Shown: positions 1 to 9,345 of the stretch, in pieces
Layout: the number at the start of each line of letters is the position of its first letter
Position numbering within the stretch: position 1 is the first letter of the stretch
NCBI GenBank assembly: GCA_048940445.1
Contig: JBHLON010000014.1
Span: forward strand, 14,536-78,535
DNA: 64,000 nt
Direction of reading: 5' to 3'
From: Promethearchaeota archaeon
GTDB lineage: Archaea; Asgardarchaeota; Lokiarchaeia; Sigyniarchaeales; SOKP01
Translations under genes and position numbers: made by a program
The notes under the pieces: generated by a model
What the model saw: the letters and a program-made list of their open reading frames with translations, nothing else
What the model was told of the DNA's origin: nothing
The model's database searches: none

Positions 1-1
1 A

Positions 2-1198
2 TCTCCATCAGGTGGAGATGATACCGCAAACATCCAAGCAGCATTTGATGACGCTATTGCTGCGGGTCCAGGAAGCACAGTTCAATTAACTTCAGGACAA
101 TTTTACACGAACGCTATTTTTGTTGAGGGTTTTTGTGGCACGTTTAAGGGGACAAGTAAAAGTCTTACCAAAATTGATGTTCTTAAAGGTTTGGATGACA
201 CATTAGAAGGAGTAGTTGGTCCTGAGGGCCCATATTTATTTACTTTCGCAGGGGGAGATGTATACATCTCAGATTTAATTTTTGATATTACACCTTATAT
301 GCCTGCTGAACCATGGGAGGATCCAGAATACCCATCATACGATTTGGTATCAATTATTTTACTAACAGGTGAAACTAATTCCTGGATCGAAAATGTTAAA
401 TATATTGGACATGAAGGTACTCTAGTTAATCCATTAGGAGTAGGTTTTAATGTTAGAGTAGGAGTTGAATATCACTTTGGAACAGGAAATCACATTATTA
501 CTATGTGTGATTTTGACTCGATATGGGGAGCCATTTCAGCATATGGATTAATGAATGTGCAAATGAAAATTTCTTCAAATTCAATTAAAGGAGGAAATTT
601 TGGAGTGATTAATATGGATAATATCAATTCAAAATTTGAGATTAAATATAATGATATTGAGACCATGTTTATATATGGTATATGGGTATGGCAAGCAGGT
701 ATTATAGTTCCACCCTCCCTCTCGCAGTGGAAAATTACTCACAACACAATAAGGGTTTCTTCTTCTGCAGATGGTATAGGTTTAATGGACTATTCATCAA
801 TCAAATCTCTCGAAGTGGTTGTCTCACATAATAAAATTGTTTTAGATGATACTGAATGGGGTGGAATTTGGATAGAAGGGTTGCAGGATGCTTTTATTTC
901 CAATAACATTATTCGAGGTACAGGAGCTTATGGTATTGGGTCTGCTTTTCCCTATAATAATATGATACTCGGTAATAATGTTCAAGATGTTGTTGCCTCT
1001 TGGGCTCCTATTTTCTTGTATGGGGCAAGTGAATGCGTGGTTGTGGGAGGTTCTACGAAAACCAACGTGGCAGATATTGATGGTTATAACAATATAATTG
1101 TTGGATGTAATAATATGCAAATTAATTCGTTAGGTCCAGAAATCAAAGAAGCGATGGAACTGAAGAGAGAAATTATTCAATCTTTCCCTGAATTTTAA
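2..1198 (+). CDS. Parallel beta-helix (pectin-lyase-like) protein, 5'-truncated by the window edge
   Basis: Frame is open from nt 2 (SPSGGDDTANIQAAFDDAIAAGPGSTVQLTSGQFY), the typical 'DDT.AIQAA' cap of beta-helix proteins. Repeated I.xN.I coils follow. The track start at 191 is internal. Confidence 0.75.
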   Translation, partial: SPSGGDDTANIQAAFDDAIAAGPGSTVQLTSGQFYTNAIFVEGFCGTFKGTSKSLTKIDVLKGLDDTLEGVVGPEGPYLFTFAGGDVYISDLIFDITPYMPAEPWEDPEYPSYDLVSIILLTGETNSWIENVKYIGHEGTLVNPLGVGFNVRVGVEYHFGTGNHIITMCDFDSIWGAISAYGLMNVQMKISSNSIKGGNFGVINMDNINSKFEIKYNDIETMFIYGIWVWQAGIIVPPSLSQWKITHNTIRVSSSADGIGLMDYSSIKSLEVVVSHNKIVLDDTEWGGIWIEGLQDAFISNNIIRGTGAYGIGSAFPYNNMILGNNVQDVVASWAPIFLYGASECVVVGGSTKTNVADIDGYNNIIVGCNNMQINSLGPEIKEAMELKREIIQSFPEF

Positions 1199-1223
1199 CA
1201 GAAACTATTTTCCTTTCCATATA

Positions 1224-1285
1224 AAATAGAAAATGGAGGATTAATGACAACTTATTCCTCCGATTCTATTTCTTTTTTTTTTTTT
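1224..1285 (+). terminator. Stem-loop plus T-tract, 3' element copy 1
   Basis: aaatagaaaatggagga ... tcctccgattctattt, followed by a T13 run just after the stop codon. Confidence 0.65.
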
Positions 1286-1429
1286 AATATTCTTTAGGTT
1301 AAAATAATGGTTTTGAAAGTTTTAATTATTAGAAGATCAAAAGTTTTAATTACGAAATTGTCTAATTTTAACTTTATACTGTTATCGTGAAATCAATTTG
1401 ATCAATTTTGATTGTTAAAAATAGATTAG

Positions 1430-3211
1430 TTGAGAGTTAAAATGTCATCAAAGAATAAAGGTTCAATGAAAAAACCTCCCAAAAAGAAAATTAAAGTATT
1501 TAAAAAAAACCGAATTGTAATTTTTGGAATAGTGGGTTGCATAGCGTTAGCAGGAATTATTGGTGGAATAACAATCTTTTTATATTCACCAGAGGAAAAA
1601 ATTTTATATATATCCTTTACAGATTTAGCTGTATGTACTTTAGGGATTGACCCACTTATAACTTGGGTACCAGCTGATTACGAGATAATTAATCAAGTTG
1701 CTGAAGGTTTATTTACGCATGATTCAGCTAATCAACAATCCCAAATAATTTATAACCTTGCCATAAATTATTCAAGGAATGAGGATGCTACAGAGTATAT
1801 TTTTGAACTGAGACAAGGTGTTCAATTCCATGATGGAACACCATTTAATGCACCAGCGGTTCAATGGAATATTGATAGAATATACACTTTAATTGCAAAC
1901 GGTAAAATGCACTATACTTCAAAACAATTCTGGTTATTTTCCGATGGGACATGGATTATAAATCATACTGAAATCATTAATGATTATAATATAAAGTTCA
2001 TATTAAACAAGCCCTATATCCCCCTTACTGCATTATTAGCCTCTGTTAATGCATTCATGGTCTCACCTACTTCAACTTCTCAAAATGATTTTATTTCACC
2101 AACAGAAATTTTAATCGGAACTGGTCCTTTTTTATTTGGTGTTTGGAATAAAAATCATAGCCTAGTACTCTCTTCCAATCCAAATTATTGGGGTGGTAAA
2201 CCTCAGATTGATAAATTGATATTCAAGATTTATCCAACTCCAGAAGATAAATTCGAAGCATTACTTTCTGGAGAACTTTCAATGTTAAGTGGTTACAACG
2301 AATTACATAGTCATGCTCATTATTTGGATTCCCTCGGAATTTATGATAATGATGTCCTAGACACTTTTATAAACAATCCTGATGTAATAGTAGAAGAAGA
2401 CCCTTCAGCGCCATTTTTTGATTACTTACTAATGAACAACGAATTAATTAATGTAACTATGAGAAAAGCAATATCTTATGCTTGTAATTACTCTGCTTAT
2501 ATAGATAAGTGGTTAAGTGGTCATGGAATAAGACTTAGATCTCCTATTCCAGAAGGTGTTTTATACTCAAACACAACTAGTATTGAAGTTCCTTATTATA
2601 ATATTTCAATAGCACGACAAACTCTAAAAGATGTTAATTGGAGCGGAGTTGCCGGGGCTTTGACTGCTGATGATAACGTTTCTGCAGGTAATCAATGGGA
2701 AAAATTAGTAGATGATGGAAAACCTTTAGAGACATATAATTTTACATACATAAGTGGTATGTTAAATGGGATTGTCTTTTTAAATATAGTAACAGAAGAT
2801 CTAAAGCAAATTGGAGTAAAGGTAGAAGGCGTTAGCATTACACTTGGAGAATATAATGAAATCTTTCACGAAAACTTAAATAGGGTTGAACTTTCACATA
2901 TGGGTTATATTACGAGATTTAATGATCCTTGCAGTATTGTGAATATTTTATGTTCAAATAAAGCTTTAGATTTAAATTATTGTCAGGTTAATGATAATTC
3001 AACCCAAGATTTAATTGAACTTGCTCTAGCAGAAACTAATGAGGCTATAAGAGAACATTATTACTATCAAATTCAAAGACGTTTAATTGAAAAAATATTC
3101 CCAATGTGTTACCTTTTTGAAAGAAATTTTTTTAGGATTTATAGATCCAATTTAAAAGGATTTGAGATTAACTATTTTAATCCTGTATACAAAGATATTC
3201 ACTTTATCTAA
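1430..3211 (+). CDS. Family-5 (Opp/Dpp-like) solute-binding protein, N-terminal membrane anchor
   Basis: LRQGVQFHDGTPFNA..VQWN, IGTGPF and NPNYWG motifs; single N-terminal TM. Confidence 0.9.
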   Translation: MRVKMSSKNKGSMKKPPKKKIKVFKKNRIVIFGIVGCIALAGIIGGITIFLYSPEEKILYISFTDLAVCTLGIDPLITWVPADYEIINQVAEGLFTHDSANQQSQIIYNLAINYSRNEDATEYIFELRQGVQFHDGTPFNAPAVQWNIDRIYTLIANGKMHYTSKQFWLFSDGTWIINHTEIINDYNIKFILNKPYIPLTALLASVNAFMVSPTSTSQNDFISPTEILIGTGPFLFGVWNKNHSLVLSSNPNYWGGKPQIDKLIFKIYPTPEDKFEALLSGELSMLSGYNELHSHAHYLDSLGIYDNDVLDTFINNPDVIVEEDPSAPFFDYLLMNNELINVTMRKAISYACNYSAYIDKWLSGHGIRLRSPIPEGVLYSNTTSIEVPYYNISIARQTLKDVNWSGVAGALTADDNVSAGNQWEKLVDDGKPLETYNFTYISGMLNGIVFLNIVTEDLKQIGVKVEGVSITLGEYNEIFHENLNRVELSHMGYITRFNDPCSIVNILCSNKALDLNYCQVNDNSTQDLIELALAETNEAIREHYYYQIQRRLIEKIFPMCYLFERNFFRIYRSNLKGFEINYFNPVYKDIHFI

Positions 3212-3259
3212 CATATCTTAATAATCTTTCTATAAAATCAAATAAAATTAGAGCATTCT

Positions 3260-4261
3260 CTATGTGTTTTGGAGTTCTAACTCTTCATACATACCAATTG
3301 GAAAATTAAACAACAAATTATAATTATATTGTGCGGGATAATCATCGGAAGTCAAATGATAGACATCTGTCCCATTTACTGTTGTCACATAATATGCAAA
3401 ACCTACAAGTTCAGCAATTTTTTGATTAATAGCATAATCATCTGGGTGTACATATAATATAAAATATGCTCCAACTTCATCTGTATTGTCTATATAAGTT
3501 AATCGATAATTACCAGTAATTATTGTGATATTACCAATTATGTTAGCATTTGTAGCTTTAGTTTGAGAGATTTCAATATGGATATTACCCTTTTTAGTAT
3601 AAAGCGTCCATGTACTATTTTGCGTGTATTTTATATCATAGTTTTTCATCTCAAGATCTCCTCTGTCATTGATAATAGCACTAATATTACCTTCTAAGAG
3701 ACAGTAGAAAAAGTTATATTTGATATTACCTCTTGAAACATTAGCTTCTATATTCCCCACTGAAACACCATATGGAACAGATATACGAGCACCTCCTTTA
3801 ATGCTAACTCTGATATCAATATCATAAATTACATCTGCTTTTAGAGCTATATTTACATCAATACTCTTTATTAGGGATAGAATTTTAACTTTGTCTATAC
3901 CTGTTTTTAAATTCATGGTGAAGTATAAAAGACTACTTGTATTCTGCCAAGCAATATTGAAATAATCTAAATATGATTTTCCAGCTAAACTTTGGCCATT
4001 CATTTCAATACTTATATCTATTTTCGCATAATAACTAACTGGGTCAGTTATATATTCTATTTCAACTTCCCCTATATCAATATCAATATTTAATCCATTC
4101 GAAAATGTAGGGGTGCTAGGATTATAATAGAACTGAATTGATTTATAAATGTTGCCAAAAGATGAGAGAGCTGTTGAAATAATAACGATAGGTATAGAAA
4201 AAATGATACTCAAACAAAATATAATCAATATAATAACAGTTTTAATAGCTTTATATGCCAT
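3260..4261 (-). CDS. Membrane-anchored beta-rich protein (DUF4097/adhesin-like), paralog of 13840..14892
   Basis: N-terminal TM, repeated 'G.I.I' strands; shares YLD/FDD-Y.NI.W.N.SS and [VI]PYGVS with the paralog. Confidence 0.55.
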   Translation of the reverse strand: MAYKAIKTVIILIIFCLSIIFSIPIVIISTALSSFGNIYKSIQFYYNPSTPTFSNGLNIDIDIGEVEIEYITDPVSYYAKIDISIEMNGQSLAGKSYLDYFNIAWQNTSSLLYFTMNLKTGIDKVKILSLIKSIDVNIALKADVIYDIDIRVSIKGGARISVPYGVSVGNIEANVSRGNIKYNFFYCLLEGNISAIINDRGDLEMKNYDIKYTQNSTWTLYTKKGNIHIEISQTKATNANIIGNITIITGNYRLTYIDNTDEVGAYFILYVHPDDYAINQKIAELVGFAYYVTTVNGTDVYHLTSDDYPAQYNYNLLFNFPIGMYEELELQNT

Positions 4262-4439
4262 CTTTTAATTTATACAAGGAGTATTAAATTTTTCCTAAGT
4301 AATTTATATAAAAGGATTAAATTTAAATTAATTCCTCGAAATAACAAGTTAGAAGTTAAAGTTTAAGAGCGAAATTTTTTTATATATCCAATATGAGCTA
4401 ATTATTAAAAAAATTTCATGTTTGTTTAGGTGATTCCAC

Positions 4440-5450
4440 ATAATTTTCTTTATTACATTTGATCCTTTAGAACGTTTTTTTTCGTCTATTGCAATAGTGG
4501 TATTAATTTTTTGTTGTATATTTTACATTTCTCAGGGGCGTAAAAAAGAGATCCTACATGAAAAAATATTGATGTATAGTTTTGCAAGTTTTTGGCTTAG
4601 TATTTCTTTAGCAAGAATATTTTATTATTTTTCTGATATATTTTTAGAAGGGACTTATTCAGGTGATTTAAGCACACTTATTCTAACATATAATGTACTT
4701 AATTACATTTTTCTTTACTTTTATCTATATTCTCATATTTATATCTTAATTAGTATAATTATATTAAGTATTATGTTTATATGGTTTTCAATAAAGTCAA
4801 AAAAAGAATTCCAGTTAGTATCATCAGTAGTAGCCATTGGATTTACTATAGTTTTGATTGGATGGGTTTTTGAGACAATAGCATTAAAGCAATTAAATCT
4901 TATATCTCCAGTATTACCTTCAATTTTTATAATAGTGGGAACTATAACCGCAACAATTCCTCTAATTGCAAATATTGAGTTCTTTTCAAGCAAATTAATT
5001 AATTGGTTAGTTTTAATTTCAATTATTCTGATCTTACTATTTTTTAGTTTAACCATTTTCACCAATCTCCCACTAGTTCTTTTGAGTCAAATAATAATTT
5101 TAATTTCAACCTCTGTTTTAATTGTGGTGATCATTTATGTGACAATTTACATAATTAAGAGAACTAAAGTGTCAGAAGTTCAAGAAATAGTTCCAAAGGA
5201 GGAGCTTAAAGACTTTTTGAAGACTTTTATGAAACCCACTACTATTACTATCGAGGAAATTCAATTATATAAAGAGAAAGGATTATGTTTAGTGTGCAAA
5301 AGTAAAGTTACACGGTTAAATTATATTTGTCCCAAATGCAATGCATTATATTGTTTAAAATGCTCAAGAGCATTAACTAATTTAGAAAATGGTTGCTGGG
5401 TCTGCGAGACCCCCTTTGATGAATCCAAACCTATGAAAATTTCTAAATAA
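4440..5450 (+). CDS. Polytopic membrane protein with C-terminal C4C4 RING-like zinc finger (candidate E3)
   Basis: About 6-7 hydrophobic helices, then CLVC-x10-CPKC-x4-CLKC-x10-CWVC. Track start is GTG 4497; the frame is open back to ATA 4440, which follows AGGTGA. Confidence 0.7.
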   Translation: MIFFITFDPLERFFSSIAIVVLIFCCIFYISQGRKKEILHEKILMYSFASFWLSISLARIFYYFSDIFLEGTYSGDLSTLILTYNVLNYIFLYFYLYSHIYILISIIILSIMFIWFSIKSKKEFQLVSSVVAIGFTIVLIGWVFETIALKQLNLISPVLPSIFIIVGTITATIPLIANIEFFSSKLINWLVLISIILILLFFSLTIFTNLPLVLLSQIIILISTSVLIVVIIYVTIYIIKRTKVSEVQEIVPKEELKDFLKTFMKPTTITIEEIQLYKEKGLCLVCKSKVTRLNYICPKCNALYCLKCSRALTNLENGCWVCETPFDESKPMKISK

Positions 5451-5475
5451 AATAATTAATAGAAAGGTAAAGTTT

Positions 5476-5685
5476 ATGATTGAATTATTGATATTACTGC
5501 TTATAATATTTTTGGCAATTCCTTATATTATATTATCTTTTATAACATTCTGGGTATATAAAGATGCAAAAAAAAGAGATATGAATGTATTTGCTTGGAT
5601 TTTGGTGATTTGGTTAATCCCCTTCTTTATTGGTTTAGTCATTTATTTAAAAATTAGAATACAATATTCTGTCACTAGGTTTTAA
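5476..5685 (+). CDS. Small 2-3 TM protein (PLDc_N-like)
   Basis: WVYKDAKKR...W.LVI.LIPFFIGLVIYL..R pattern. Confidence 0.65.
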   Translation: MIELLILLLIIFLAIPYIILSFITFWVYKDAKKRDMNVFAWILVIWLIPFFIGLVIYLKIRIQYSVTRF

Positions 5686-5968
5686 TATTGTTATATTTTC
5701 CAAATTTCTTTCAAAGTCAACTTATTTATATTCTTTAGAATCCTGTTCAATAGAAAATTTTAAAATTTTATCATTCGGAGGGCGACATTCTGGAATTTTT
5801 TTTGCTTCAATGTTCAAAAATCTTAACTCTTGACTCTTATCATTATGGACTTTGTTTTTTTTACTCAGCTCAATACACTCAAAATTTCAGTTAAAAATAT
5901 ACTTATATTAATTAATGTTAATATCTATAATAAAATTAATTACAATTATGTAAGGAATATTAATTTCG

Positions 5969-6985
5969 ATGTTAAAACCTCCTCAAATTTTATTTACCGG
6001 AGAAAATGGAGTTGGTAAAACCACTATCTTGAATTTATTTCCAGAAGATATTATTTTAGAATTAGATGATAACTTTAATGAAATTTTTCAAAAGCAAGTT
6101 AATATTACTGGAACCAGAGGTATAGAACATTGTATTTTAAGAGAAATTGATTTAAGAGAATTAGTAGACAATTTTTTTTCTTTTCAAAAACTTTTACATA
6201 CTATTGATATCATTCTCATTGTTACTGATTCAACTGAGCGAAATGTTAAATATACTTATGATTTATTTTCTGAATTGAAATACAAATTACCTAAAATTGA
6301 TTTTTACATAATTGCTAATTTTCAAGACAGAAAGTCAATCTCAATGCCCATAGAAAAAATGGAATATACATTAAAAGAGAAAGTTTTTGGATATTCAGCG
6401 ATCCAAGAGGATTCAAAAGATTGTATAACTGAAATTATTAAAGAGATTTTAGAAATTTCTATTATTAAAAAGCAAGGAAAAAAGCCTTCATTTGATAAAA
6501 TTGATTACAATATAATTTGGTCAGACATAGAAGAAGCAAGATTGTTGGAAAAGAAAGGAGATCATTATACAGCATCAAAAAAATTCTCAATTGCTGGATC
6601 TAAATTTAAAATACTAAATTCAAATGAAGAAAAAGAAGAATTCAAAGCATTATACAATTTGTGTAAAGCTTGGGAGTGTATAGAATTAGCTGAAGAATAT
6701 GAAAATATTTCGAAGTTTGCTGAAGCTGTGAAATTTTTTGATCAAGCAATTGAATCTCTTTCTGATGAGAAATTGAAATTATTAGTATCAGCTAATTTAA
6801 TGCATTGTGAAGCTTTAAAATTAGGAATGGAGTCAGATATATCAGATCAACTGCATATTAAAGAAAGATTATATATAGAAATAATCGATTTAATTAACAA
6901 AGCAGTTAATTTATATAAAAGAGGAGGTTTTGAAAAAGAAGCAGAGTTTGCTTTAACTACCTTGAATAAATTAAAGAGCCTTTAA
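5969..6985 (+). CDS. Small-GTPase-like domain (degenerate G3/G4) fused to helical TPR-like repeats
   Basis: G1 GENGVGKT, G4-like ANFQD, G5 YSA; no DxxG. C-terminal AxxLYK/AxxFFDQA helices. Confidence 0.7.
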   Translation: MLKPPQILFTGENGVGKTTILNLFPEDIILELDDNFNEIFQKQVNITGTRGIEHCILREIDLRELVDNFFSFQKLLHTIDIILIVTDSTERNVKYTYDLFSELKYKLPKIDFYIIANFQDRKSISMPIEKMEYTLKEKVFGYSAIQEDSKDCITEIIKEILEISIIKKQGKKPSFDKIDYNIIWSDIEEARLLEKKGDHYTASKKFSIAGSKFKILNSNEEKEEFKALYNLCKAWECIELAEEYENISKFAEAVKFFDQAIESLSDEKLKLLVSANLMHCEALKLGMESDISDQLHIKERLYIEIIDLINKAVNLYKRGGFEKEAEFALTTLNKLKSL

Positions 6986-7038
6986 TTGAGTAAAATTAAA
7001 ATTTTAGTAAAATATCTTAAAACATTACAAGGATAAAA

Positions 7039-7533
7039 TTGACATTATTCGAAAAAGATTTTCTATTTCCAGTATACATAGATAAAAATACTTTAAATCA
7101 TATTGATGAATTATGCAAAAATTCTGATAGAGAAATTTTTGGCTATTTAATTGGTTTAATTTTAAAATGGAGAAAGAATAAATATATTGTTATAAAAGAA
7201 CAGATTTATATTAAAAATACAGTTAGAAGTAATAAATTTAATACATCTCAAATTGAAGGAACTGCAGGAAAATATGAACAGGAATTTCAAAAGTTGAAAT
7301 ATGATATGGGGAACGAGAATTTACAAGTTATAGGATGGTGGCATTCTCATATCAATCTAGGTTGCTTCTTATCATTAACTGACATTCACACACAAGAATA
7401 TTTTTTTCCCGAATCTTACCAAGTTGCTTTAGTAGTTGATCCCATTCGAGAGGAATTCAAATTTTTTACATTAGATAAAGGCTCAAAAAAGAAATACAAA
7501 ACGCTAAGTTATGCTATTATATCTTCAACTTAA
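7039..7533 (+). CDS. JAB/MPN+ (JAMM) isopeptidase, Rpn11-like
   Basis: REIFGYLIG plus GWWHSHINLGCFLSLTDIHTQ (HxH-x7-S-x2-D), ALVVDP. Confidence 0.92.
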   Translation: MTLFEKDFLFPVYIDKNTLNHIDELCKNSDREIFGYLIGLILKWRKNKYIVIKEQIYIKNTVRSNKFNTSQIEGTAGKYEQEFQKLKYDMGNENLQVIGWWHSHINLGCFLSLTDIHTQEYFFPESYQVALVVDPIREEFKFFTLDKGSKKKYKTLSYAIISST

Positions 7534-7550
7534 CAATTTAGTTTATATCT

Positions 7551-8432
7551 ATGAGTAAGAAAGAAAATAAAGGAATTAAAGTGATTGGAACTGATTCCAT
7601 AGATTCAGATAGATTCGATCGCCAAAAGAGAATTATTGGTTGGGATCAAACTACTATTTCTAATGCGACAATCATGGTAATTGGTGCTGGAGCTACTGGA
7701 AATGAAGTTGTAAAAAACTTAGCTTTAGTTGGAGTTGGAAAAATATTTTTAATTGATTTTGATTTCATTCAAACTTCAAATTTAAGTCGTTGTGTGTTGT
7801 TTAACCCTAAAGCAGCAAAAGATAGAGAATACAAAGCAGATGTTATTAAAGATGTATGCAGAGACTTAAATCCTGATGTTGAGGTTGTTTCAATTAAAAA
7901 AGACTTAAATTCAATAGATAAAACCCTTTATAGCAAGTGTAATGTAATATGCTCTTGCTTAGACAATCTTGAAGCACGAATTGAAGCTAACAATTATGCA
8001 TACTATAATCGAATTCCTTTTGTTGATTCTGGGATTGACGAATTTTTTGGTTCCGTTCAAGCAGTATATTCAGAAGTTGAAAATTCAGCTTGTTTGCAAT
8101 GTGGTATATCAGAAAAAGATTTGGATTTAATGTGGAAAAAATTTTCTTGTACTGGAGAGGAAATAAAGTCTGAAGAAGGTGAAACCACAAGAAAAATAGC
8201 AACAATCGTAACAACTACTTCAATAATAAGCGGTATTCAATCTCAGCAGGTTCTAAAATTTTTACTTGGAATGAATTATTATAAGGAAGATAAGAAATGG
8301 AATCCTTATATTGGAGAACCCTTAGTTGGAAAACAATTAATTTATAATGGTCTAACAAACAGTTTCAGCATTATTGATAAACTAAAAGATCCAAAGTGTT
8401 GGACTTGCTCATATAAAAAATTTAAGATTTAA
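7551..8432 (+). CDS. Ubiquitin-activating E1 / ThiF-family enzyme
   Basis: RFDRQ, GAGATG, D.D.I..SNLSR, CLDNLEAR, zinc pairs CLQC/CWTC, putative catalytic Cys in FSCT. Confidence 0.92.
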   Translation: MSKKENKGIKVIGTDSIDSDRFDRQKRIIGWDQTTISNATIMVIGAGATGNEVVKNLALVGVGKIFLIDFDFIQTSNLSRCVLFNPKAAKDREYKADVIKDVCRDLNPDVEVVSIKKDLNSIDKTLYSKCNVICSCLDNLEARIEANNYAYYNRIPFVDSGIDEFFGSVQAVYSEVENSACLQCGISEKDLDLMWKKFSCTGEEIKSEEGETTRKIATIVTTTSIISGIQSQQVLKFLLGMNYYKEDKKWNPYIGEPLVGKQLIYNGLTNSFSIIDKLKDPKCWTCSYKKFKI

Positions 8433-8449
8433 ATTAAGAGGACATATAG

Positions 8450-8968
8450 ATGCCAGAATTACCTTTTGAGATATGGAAAGAAAGAGTAAATAATGAGATA
8501 AAGATTCTAAGTACCATTAACCTTGTTGAAAATAAATCTATAGCATGGTATGATAATAGTGTAGAATTATGGATTAATTTAAGTGCCTTTGGATTTATTA
8601 AAGGAGAAAGTGAAGGAGGTATCAATGTAAAGCCTCAGATGAATCACCGAATTCTCATTAAAATAAATAGATCCTTTCCATATCCTGGAGGGATTGATTT
8701 TGCTTGGTATTCAAATATATTTCATCCAAATATTCATCCCATTGAGTTAGAAGGATTGAAAAGGATAGGGACCGGTTATATATGTTTAAATATTTTAAGG
8801 CAATGGACAAAATTATCAGATTTGGAAACTACAGTAAAGTCTCTAGAAAAATTAGTAGAGAATCCCAATCCAGAGGACCCCCTCCAATATGATATTTGTA
8901 TCGAAGCAGCTGAATTTTTTAAAAGAAATTCAATCCAAAAACTTAAAAAAATTTACAACGTGAAATAA
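8450..8968 (+). CDS. Ubiquitin-conjugating E2 (UBC fold)
   Basis: FPYP, IFHPNI, GYICLNIL..W (catalytic Cys), NPNPEDPL..EAA. Confidence 0.92.
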   Translation: MPELPFEIWKERVNNEIKILSTINLVENKSIAWYDNSVELWINLSAFGFIKGESEGGINVKPQMNHRILIKINRSFPYPGGIDFAWYSNIFHPNIHPIELEGLKRIGTGYICLNILRQWTKLSDLETTVKSLEKLVENPNPEDPLQYDICIEAAEFFKRNSIQKLKKIYNVK

Positions 8969-8994
8969 GATGAGCCTATATATGTTAAATAAGA

Positions 8995-9249
8995 TTAACC
9001 TCCTATAACTTTTGTCCATAACATTAAAATATCATACTCTTTTAGCCCAAATTTGTGTATTGCCTCCTTAATTGATATCGTATTTGGCAATTCCTTTTCT
9101 TTGTACACTAAAGCATAAGAACGTTGTTCTGAGCTTATAAACCCCATATGTTTGACAACAATTTCTATAATCCGTTCTATTATATGGTGTTCCTTTACAT
9201 CTAACTTTATTCTTTTGCCCGTTCTGGTATCTTCTATTGATAATTTCAT
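8995..9249 (-). CDS. Ubiquitin-like protein ending in di-glycine
   Basis: 84 aa beta-grasp pattern with C-terminus ...WTKVIGG-stop; adjacent to E1/E2/JAB. Confidence 0.88.
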   Translation of the reverse strand: MKLSIEDTRTGKRIKLDVKEHHIIERIIEIVVKHMGFISSEQRSYALVYKEKELPNTISIKEAIHKFGLKEYDILMLWTKVIGG

Positions 9250-9298
9250 TTTTATTCTGATTTTTCTTTTAAAGACAAATAAATTTATTCAACTAATA

Positions 9299-9340
9299 AT
9301 TTTTAGTTTTGAGTTCGAAACTTTTCACAAAGTTCGAATT
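9299..9340 (-). promoter_or_regulatory. 42-bp conserved upstream motif, copy A (before Ubl gene)
   Basis: AATTCGAACTTTGTGAAAAGTTTCGAACTCAAAACTAAAAAT, ending 49 bp before the ATG. Confidence 0.75.
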
Positions 9341-9345
9341 AGTTA

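Noticed and set aside
5830-6018. 62-aa + ORF
   Set aside because: Low-complexity Asn/Ile translation of an AT-rich promoter region, overlapping the GTPase start
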